Assembly (NCBI GenBank): GCA_017396945.1
Contig: JAFQKI010000017.1
Coordinates: 27,967-91,966, forward strand
From: Muribaculaceae bacterium
GTDB lineage: Bacteria; Bacteroidota; Bacteroidia; Bacteroidales; Muribaculaceae
Reading direction: 5' to 3'
DNA length: 64,000 nucleotides
Shown in pieces: positions 10,077 through 16,740 of the stretch. The position numbers were made by a program, and so were the translations under genes. Numbering within the stretch: the stretch's first letter is position 1; every line of letters begins with the position of its first letter. A model generated the notes under the pieces. The model searched no databases, was not told the DNA's origin, and saw only the letters and a program-made list of their open reading frames with translations.

Positions 10077-11834
10077 TTACTTGTAAAAATAGGTTTTGTG
10101 CTTAACCTTGCGCTGTAATAATTCATTTTCAGGTTCCAATTCAAACGCGTCCTCCCAAAATTCAAGTGCTTTATCAGGTTCCCCCATCATAAAATATATA
10201 TCCCCAGCATGATGCAGCACTTCAGCCGATGGTTCTTCAAGATAATACATCGCCTCGTCGATATATTCTTTTGCCAACGCATATTCCTTTTTCTTGAACT
10301 TCACCCATGCGTAAGTATCAAGAGACGTCGGGTTATGTGGGTCATCTTCAAGCGTCAATTGACTCATTTTTTCGGCGCGTTCCAAATCTCGACCTTCGCA
10401 AGCAAGGAAATATGCGCAATTATTCATTGCGGTCAGATTATAAGGGTTTGCATCAACCGATTGCTCATAGTAACCAACAGCCACATCTAAATTCCCCGAC
10501 GAGGCATAGACATCACCTATCGAGCATAAAATATCCGAGAATGTTTCATTGTCGTCATGCGAGACAAATTTCAATGCTTCATTATAATAGCTCAACGCAT
10601 TGGCTGTATCTTTCATTTGATTGTAACATATACCCGACAAATAATAAATTTTGGATTCTTCCGGAAACAATTCTATCGCTCGATTTCCACTATCCACAGC
10701 CTTTTGATAATTCTTAGCTTGGATATACAATCCCATCAATGCCCGCCATTTTTCAGGGTCTGAGGGGTCTATATTCAACGAATACTCCAATTGCTCGGCG
10801 GCTTCCAAATAATCTTCTTTCAATCCTAAATAGGCATAATACAAATCTCGCAGTTCAGCCTCATGAGGATTTTGTTCAAGCAACACTCCAAATAGTTCTT
10901 GAATGCGATGATGCTGTGTTGAGTCGGTATATAACTTACTGATATAATTTCTGAAAATGCTCAACTTCACATCCAACTCAAGCGAGTTTTTCTCCATTGC
11001 CTTAAATACCGCTCTATCAAACGCGACACTATCTCCAACCACATAATAATGATTGGCGAGAGAATAAAAAGCCTGTCCATTGGTTGAATCTATTTCACAC
11101 GCCCGATTGTAATAATACAACGCCGAGTCGGGCATCTCCAAATAAGAATATATCTCACCTGCCGTGACTACAAAATCAACATTTTTAGGTGAAGAGTTCA
11201 TCAATGAATGCAACTCATTCACAACCCCAACTGTATCCCTATTAAATAAATGATACCGCACCTTGTAGGCTGTCAATTGTGTCGAACGCCCCATTGAGAC
11301 TTCAAGTCTGGAGAATATATCATAAGCCTTACGTTGTGATGTCGAGTCTCCATATTGCGCCAACAGCCCCGCATAGTGAAGAGCACACTCCTCCTTCTCA
11401 GGATATATCGAATCAAGCGTAGCCCACACAACCAATGCCTCTGACATCTCGTCCAAATTTTCACAAACTCCGGCATAGCGTTCACCGGCGTAATAATCCT
11501 CGGGGACCACTTCAAAATGCTGTCTCATCAACGACAAGCCACTCTCAACCATACCCGGATTTTTTATGTGTTGGCCTATGAGTTGTTTAAAATAGCCATA
11601 CTCTGCCCCTACTGCGGTATTTTCAGGTGCCAAACGATATGACTCCTCCAACAACGCATAATAGTTATCCAACGAGTCGAGCGCATATTGTTTCTGAGCC
11701 TCCATAAATAGGTTGTCCGATTTTCGCTCATTCTCACTATTGCCCCACCGGGTTTCTGCCGATGTCAAACTACCCGACATAGCAACCACAACCATAATTG
11801 CAATCACACTCAGTAATATCGTATGCTTTTTCAT
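10077..11834 (-). CDS. tetratricopeptide repeat (TPR) protein
   Basis: 585 aa with a signal anchor. It contains many 34-residue A/Y/L-patterned repeats (e.g. AFYSLANHYYVVGD, ALSYYNEALKF, AVGYYEQSVDANP). Confidence 0.75.
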   Translation of the reverse strand: MKKHTILLSVIAIMVVVAMSGSLTSAETRWGNSENERKSDNLFMEAQKQYALDSLDNYYALLEESYRLAPENTAVGAEYGYFKQLIGQHIKNPGMVESGLSLMRQHFEVVPEDYYAGERYAGVCENLDEMSEALVVWATLDSIYPEKEECALHYAGLLAQYGDSTSQRKAYDIFSRLEVSMGRSTQLTAYKVRYHLFNRDTVGVVNELHSLMNSSPKNVDFVVTAGEIYSYLEMPDSALYYYNRACEIDSTNGQAFYSLANHYYVVGDSVAFDRAVFKAMEKNSLELDVKLSIFRNYISKLYTDSTQHHRIQELFGVLLEQNPHEAELRDLYYAYLGLKEDYLEAAEQLEYSLNIDPSDPEKWRALMGLYIQAKNYQKAVDSGNRAIELFPEESKIYYLSGICYNQMKDTANALSYYNEALKFVSHDDNETFSDILCSIGDVYASSGNLDVAVGYYEQSVDANPYNLTAMNNCAYFLACEGRDLERAEKMSQLTLEDDPHNPTSLDTYAWVKFKKKEYALAKEYIDEAMYYLEEPSAEVLHHAGDIYFMMGEPDKALEFWEDAFELEPENELLQRKVKHKTYFYK

Positions 11835-11855
11835 TGTATTTCGTTATTTGGTTTC

Positions 11856-12299
11856 CTATTTTACTCCGGTGTGACCAAAGCCACCGGCACCGCGCTCTGT
11901 TGTTTCAAGTTCTTCCACCGCCTCCCACTCAACATGAGAATGAGCGGTAACTACCATTTGACAAATGCGCTCTCCATCGTTAATTACGAAAGTCTCGTTT
12001 GAGAGATTTATCATTATCACCCTTATCTCTCCTCGGTAATCGGCATCAATTGTTCCTGGCGTATTCACAAGTGAAATACCATGCTTCAATGCAAGACCAC
12101 TGCGAGGGCGCAATTGGCACTCATAACCTTCAGGCAATGCGATATACAATCCGGTGGGAACGAGCGCGCGTTCCAAAGGTTTCAGCTCTATCGGTTCATC
12201 TATTGAGGCTCTCACATCCATTCCGGCCGATTGTGGAGTTGCATAAGCCGGCATCTGATGTTTTGAACGATTTATGATTTTTACTTTTACCTTATCCAT
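11856..12299 (-). CDS. dut: dUTP diphosphatase
   Basis: Trimeric dUTPase motifs [27 protein letters not shown] and [11 protein letters not shown] placed the start at the internal ATG 12297-12299 ([12 protein letters not shown]), giving 147 aa. The track ORF extends to 12350. Confidence 0.9.
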   Translation of the reverse strand: MDKVKVKIINRSKHQMPAYATPQSAGMDVRASIDEPIELKPLERALVPTGLYIALPEGYECQLRPRSGLALKHGISLVNTPGTIDADYRGEIRVIMINLSNETFVINDGERICQMVVTAHSHVEWEAVEELETTERGAGGFGHTGVK

Positions 12300-12483
12300 A
12301 ACAATTTCAAATTTAATGTTTAATCTGCGAATATAATCAAAATCCGCCATTTATCCACTATAATTCACCCTAAACTTACCCTGCAAAAATCATTTTGACA
12401 TTATTTTTCATTGCGACACTACAATCTGCTATAAAATGCTGTTTTTTGGGAGGGGATTTCTTGGAGATGCGGGAAATAAAATC

Positions 12484-12491
12484 TAAATTTG
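12484..12491 (+). promoter_or_regulatory. candidate -7 promoter box (TAnnTTTG) for the RHS gene
   Basis: taaatttg lies 42 nt upstream of ATG 12533 and 96 nt upstream of ATG 12587. Confidence 0.35.
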
Positions 12492-12532
12492 CGAGAGATG
12501 AAATCAATCAAGCGTCCTAATACCCCGACACA

Positions 12533-14254
12533 ATGAAGACATCCCGCCATAAATACAATAACCTCCACAACGTCATGGTTGATGCCATGCGCCGGGCTGA
12601 ACCGCTTCGGACATTCCTTGTCCTATCGCTCCTCTTGCTATTGGTCGGCTCAATGTCGGCTCAGAGTGCCGGATGGAATTATGTGATGACGGTGTGTCCG
12701 CTGGAGGGTAGCGTGTCGGAGCCGTCAACCGACGCCGACATGTCGCGCGTGACAATAGAGTATCTCGACGATTTGGGACGAAAAATCTCCACGGTCAACG
12801 TCGGGGCGTCATACGCCGTTCAGGATATGGCCGATTATATCACCTACGACGGTCGTGGTCGGGTCAGCCGCCGGTATCTACCGTTTGAGACCCCCTCATC
12901 GACAGGCTCGTTCCCCCAATCGGCGGTCTCAACGGCGCAAGCCTATCATGGCGACCTTTACTGTTTCAGCGAGACAACGTATGACGGCACCGCCGACAGC
13001 CGTGTCGCCTCTGTCACCGGACCGGGACAGGCATGGCACGCAACCGGCAAATCGGTCAAAACCAGGCATCTGTTCAACAACGCCACCGGCGAGGGTCCGC
13101 ACGCCTGCGTTATATTCCAAGCCCAGGGGGACTCGCTCGACATCTACCTCACTTACCGGGCTGACGGGGTTAAACGCTTGGAGCAGACACGCCGCCGGTA
13201 CATCAAAGTCATCACGCGAGTCGATGGCGAGGGGAATGTCACGACCGTCAACCGCCCGATGACCGAGAACCATGTGCGCCGCTACTACGGCTCGATGGTG
13301 ACGGAGACCGGACGCGACCGACGCATCTACAACGAGGTGGGCTACATCGACGTCCACAACAATGGCGACAGCGTCTCCTACCACTACTATGAGCGGGACT
13401 ACTTGGGGAGCGTCAGGCTTGTGGTCAATGAGTGTGGCGACATCGAGCAGGCGACCGACTATTGTGTCGGGGGCTTGCCCTCGACCCGGTTGGCGACCGG
13501 AAACGTTGACCGCCGCCACCACACCAGCAAGGAGATGCTGACATTCCACGGCGTCAGCCTCTACGACAACCAAGCCCGGTGGTATGACCCCATCCTGTGT
13601 CGCTTCACCACCCCCGACCCCTTGGCGGAGCAATACCCCGACCTCTCCCCATACTCCCACTGCGCCAACAATCCCCTGACAATCGTTGACCCAAGCGGGA
13701 TGTTAATTAGAAATTATGATACTAAGGATGTATTTTATCAAAAATATAAAGACGCAACTCCTGTAGAATTTTACAATGGTAATGGATATGAAACGGAATT
13801 TGTGTTAGTTGAAATAGGTCTAATATATACCTCAAAAGGTAGAGCAATTGCAGTTTTTAAAAATGCATCAGGGATTCCTATTTGGGATGATAATTGTCAT
13901 TGGTATAGTTTTGGTCGCAATGACAATGGTGAATTCGTAGGTCAATCATATTGGATTGCAGAAGATGTTACAAAAATAATTGAGGACGATTATTCCAAAG
14001 TTGACATAAATAATGCCCAACCTGGAGATGTTATTGTTTTTAGCGGTAGTAGCGAGGGCGAAAAGAACCATCACTCTATGGTAATTGATTTTATAGAAGC
14101 ATATGATAGTAAAAATCCCAAGACTCTTGAAGAGCGTATAAATGTTATTGGAAATAATGGACCGCAAAAAGGAATAAAAAATACATTGTCTCTTGAAAAG
14201 AGAGATGATACTTATAAAATATATCGAAAAACAGAAGAGGATGTTTATTATTAG
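12533..14254 (+). CDS. short RHS-family polymorphic toxin: signal peptide, DUF6443-like N-terminal domain, RHS-associated core, variable C-terminal toxin domain
   Basis: 573 aa. Signal peptide LVLSLLLLLVGSMSAQ; the likely true start is ATG 12587. The N-terminal WNYVMT...IEYLDDLGRKISTV matches Bacteroidetes RHS N-termini. YD-type motifs are present (YDGRGRV, YERDYLGSVRL). The core ends in YDNQARWYDPILCRFTTPDPL...NNPLTIVDPSGM. A 183 aa AT-rich C-terminal domain follows. Confidence 0.8.
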   Translation: MKTSRHKYNNLHNVMVDAMRRAEPLRTFLVLSLLLLLVGSMSAQSAGWNYVMTVCPLEGSVSEPSTDADMSRVTIEYLDDLGRKISTVNVGASYAVQDMADYITYDGRGRVSRRYLPFETPSSTGSFPQSAVSTAQAYHGDLYCFSETTYDGTADSRVASVTGPGQAWHATGKSVKTRHLFNNATGEGPHACVIFQAQGDSLDIYLTYRADGVKRLEQTRRRYIKVITRVDGEGNVTTVNRPMTENHVRRYYGSMVTETGRDRRIYNEVGYIDVHNNGDSVSYHYYERDYLGSVRLVVNECGDIEQATDYCVGGLPSTRLATGNVDRRHHTSKEMLTFHGVSLYDNQARWYDPILCRFTTPDPLAEQYPDLSPYSHCANNPLTIVDPSGMLIRNYDTKDVFYQKYKDATPVEFYNGNGYETEFVLVEIGLIYTSKGRAIAVFKNASGIPIWDDNCHWYSFGRNDNGEFVGQSYWIAEDVTKIIEDDYSKVDINNAQPGDVIVFSGSSEGEKNHHSMVIDFIEAYDSKNPKTLEERINVIGNNGPQKGIKNTLSLEKRDDTYKIYRKTEEDVYY

Positions 14255-14256
14255 TT

Positions 14257-15453
14257 ATGAGAAATTTAGTATCTATAGTATTATTAATATCTTTTTGTGT
14301 TGAGGCATCTGATTTTAGGTATAACTATGATGCGGAGTTGGAGGTTGGATCTAGATATTATGGAAATACCGAAAACTGTTTGTATAAAATGTTTTGTTTA
14401 CCATATTTCCTCGACATAGGAATTGAAGCGGCAATAGTTTATAAAGATGGATATAAGTTTAATGTAGGCATACGTAATGACTCCATATGTCTTATTATTT
14501 GTGCGGATAAGAATTTTATGGTCAATGGGTATAAAATAGGTGATGTAGTAGATTGTAATATCTCAGAACCAATCAACGTCAAACAATGGAATTATCATGA
14601 TATTGGTAATGGTTGGTATGCTCCAATAAATCTTACAGATATGACAATCTCTTTTTTCTTAAAATACGATTTCGGTCATAACAATTATAATGAAGTTAAT
14701 CATGACCTGAATACTCCTTTTTATTATAATTACGATGCTGAATTAAAATTAGGCGAAAGATATTATGGAGACGCTGTGGCTTGCGACTCTATGACTATAC
14801 CATTCTCAAAACAAAAAGTGAAATCTGTCACAATTTACAAAGATGGAGTAAGGTATCGTTTAGGGCTGAGTGAAAATGATATCATATCAATAATCAGATG
14901 TGACCAGTCAATTGTGATTGGAGAGTATATTAATTTTAAGCAACTTGAATACATTAGCGGAAATGCTAAAATATCGTCAAAGTCTGATTACTATTATGTA
15001 TATTTGACCGATGGTTGGTGGATTGAAATGAAGCATGGAAATTCATTAAACACCCGCGGACTCGTAAAATATGATGGTTGGATAGAGAATAAGACCATTA
15101 TACACACCCCTCTGAATTGGTCATTTTTTTGTGGCGATTTCTTTACCGATGAGACTTACCAGAGGAAACATATAAAATACCCATTGGAAATTGTCACAAA
15201 TGGTTCAGTTAAATACATTGCGTCAAAAGAAGATTGGTCTCCAATTATGCTTAGCGACATACGACAATTTATAATGGATTCTGACAACGAGGCTGAGATT
15301 AAAACCGTGGAAGTTAATAACTCTGGTACAAGGCAATTGCTTACGTTCAAGTTGTTTTATCACATTGAGCCTTATGAATTTGACAACGAAATATGTTATG
15401 AGCAACGAGTATGGTATTTGGTCAAAGTTGAAGATATTCCTCAAATTAAATAA
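14257..15453 (+). CDS. secreted hypothetical protein, candidate cognate immunity protein for the upstream RHS toxin tip
   Basis: 398 aa. It starts 3 nt after the RHS stop and has the same AT-rich composition as the toxin tip. Signal peptide MRNLVSIVLLISFCVEA. It contains two tandem ~119 aa modules plus a unique C-terminal domain. I recognise no family. Confidence 0.4.
   Translation: MRNLVSIVLLISFCVEASDFRYNYDAELEVGSRYYGNTENCLYKMFCLPYFLDIGIEAAIVYKDGYKFNVGIRNDSICLIICADKNFMVNGYKIGDVVDCNISEPINVKQWNYHDIGNGWYAPINLTDMTISFFLKYDFGHNNYNEVNHDLNTPFYYNYDAELKLGERYYGDAVACDSMTIPFSKQKVKSVTIYKDGVRYRLGLSENDIISIIRCDQSIVIGEYINFKQLEYISGNAKISSKSDYYYVYLTDGWWIEMKHGNSLNTRGLVKYDGWIENKTIIHTPLNWSFFCGDFFTDETYQRKHIKYPLEIVTNGSVKYIASKEDWSPIMLSDIRQFIMDSDNEAEIKTVEVNNSGTRQLLTFKLFYHIEPYEFDNEICYEQRVWYLVKVEDIPQIK
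14314..15075 (+). repeat. tandem internal domain duplication within the immunity candidate (module 1 at 14314-14670, module 2 at 14719-15075)
   Basis: Module starts align: FRYNYDAELEVGSRYYGNTENC vs FYYNYDAELKLGERYYGDAVAC. Further along, AAIVYKDGYKFNVGIRNDSICLIIC aligns with VTIYKDGVRYRLGLSENDIISIIRC. The modules end in ...FLKYD and ...LVKYD. Confidence 0.7.
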
Positions 15454-15461
15454 TACTTATT

Positions 15462-16148
15462 ATGAGATATTATATTATAAAATATACTTGTAATACCAAA
15501 GTCATTGGACCGGACTTCCCACAAGCGTGGCAATTTACTAAAGAGTATAAAAAGAAAATGAATAATCCAGATGCTGTTTATGCATTTGGAAAGTGTATTT
15601 TAAAAAACATTTTCCCTGATTTTGAACCGGATTTAAGTGGGCACAAATTGTCACGGAAAGCAAAAATAACCGATTTTGTAAGTGAAATATCGGTTTCACT
15701 CCTGCCATTAATGAATAAAAAAGCATTGGATTTACTTGAGACATTTAATTTAGGCAATTATAGGGTATATCCATGTCAATTATATGTCAAAGATGAGCCG
15801 ATTGAGCATTATTTCATATATCAGATTTTTGATACTGAAAAATATGTTGATGTCACAAATTCCATTTTCAGCGTATATTATTACTTCAAGGAACCTCATT
15901 GGAATTATGTCTCAGGATTCACTTCTATGGAGCACTACCGTGACTATTGTAACCAATTATCTGGTAGTCACGAAATAGCTCCTAAAAAATTAGTATTCAA
16001 TGCCGAATGTGACAAGACATTGGATTTAATACGACTGCCTGATTTCTCAGTATATTTTGGAATTATCAGTGAACGCTTGTACAACGCGATACAAGAAGCC
16101 GGCTTGACAGTATTGGAGTTTACTCCCATTGAGGTAGAGTTTGAATAA
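15462..16148 (+). CDS. hypothetical cytoplasmic protein, possible orphan polymorphic-toxin immunity protein
   Basis: 228 aa with no signal peptide. It is AT-rich and sits 9 nt after the previous gene, inside the RHS island. The overall look resembles Imm11/DUF1629- or Imm43-type immunity proteins, but I cannot confirm a family from sequence alone. Confidence 0.3.
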   Translation: MRYYIIKYTCNTKVIGPDFPQAWQFTKEYKKKMNNPDAVYAFGKCILKNIFPDFEPDLSGHKLSRKAKITDFVSEISVSLLPLMNKKALDLLETFNLGNYRVYPCQLYVKDEPIEHYFIYQIFDTEKYVDVTNSIFSVYYYFKEPHWNYVSGFTSMEHYRDYCNQLSGSHEIAPKKLVFNAECDKTLDLIRLPDFSVYFGIISERLYNAIQEAGLTVLEFTPIEVEFE

Positions 16149-16169
16149 CATCAAAAAAGATAACATACT

Positions 16170-16523
16170 ATGTCTCGCAAACTATATATCATCGTTATAT
16201 TAGGCTTAATTTGTTTTTCAGCACACATTTCGGCACAGGAGGATTATTCACCTCGAGATTATTCAATAATACCACCATCGCCGGAGGTTGCATCATTAAT
16301 GAAATATATTGAGCTTCCGGTATCTCCATTTACAGGGCAACCAAATGTAAATCTACCAATCTATACAATACGCCAAGGCTCAATCGAAGTGCCTGTCTCA
16401 GTGAGCTATCATGGCGGAGGGATAAAAGTGTTTGAACAGGGCTTTATGGGAAAGAAAAAGTCTCGGCAAAACAGCAATATGCAGTTGTATCCATCGCATA
16501 TATGTTTAAGATGTAGTTGTTGA
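16170..16523 (+). pseudogene. orphan 5' fragment of a second RHS/YD-repeat toxin gene
   Basis: The first ~85 aa are a signal peptide plus IIPPSPEVASLMKYIELPVSPFTGQPNVNLPIYTIRQGSIEVPVSVSYHGGGIKV. This matches the conserved N-terminus of large Bacteroidales RHS/SpvB-like proteins. The frame then runs into unrelated sequence (FEQGFMGKKKSRQNSN...) and stops at 117 aa. Confidence 0.55.
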
Positions 16524-16588
16524 AATCACAATAATCTGATAAAGACCTTAATAACGGCAGTAACTTACCGCAAAAGGCACTTTACACA

Positions 16589-16627
16589 ACAACAAGAGGT
16601 AGCTGGTTACGCTACCTCTTGTTGTTT
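16589..16627 (+). terminator. strong hairpin (15 bp stem) at the right edge of the RHS island, terminator-like
   Basis: acaacaagaggtagc (16589-16603) pairs perfectly with gctacctcttgttgt (16611-16625). The downstream T tract is short (tt). Confidence 0.45.
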
Positions 16628-16740
16628 AGATAAAATTTGAATTAAATCGAGATATTGACAGAAATTTCCTTAAAAAAATTTGCGTAAAGTGTGTAAATGT
16701 ATTTATTTTGCGATATAACTAAATAAATACCTCATAAAAC

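Noticed and set aside
12929-13660. A 243 aa antisense ORF, plus 135 aa and 61 aa ORFs, inside the RHS gene
   Set aside because: This is the typical artefact of a GC-rich stretch, where few stop codons occur in any frame. The sense frame carries clear RHS motifs, while the antisense products are Gly/Val/Ala/Arg-rich with no recognisable features.
12373-16684. Possible direct repeats flanking the RHS island: aacttacc(ct)gcaaaa at 12373 and 16562, and aaatttgcg at 12485 and 16676, with similar spacing (112 vs 114 nt)
   Set aside because: The matches are short (8-9 nt) and lie in AT-rich, promoter-like spacers. One of them includes the generic TAnnTTTG-type box, and the sequence between them does not align convincingly. 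I cannot show significance without genome-wide word statistics, and no integrase is present.
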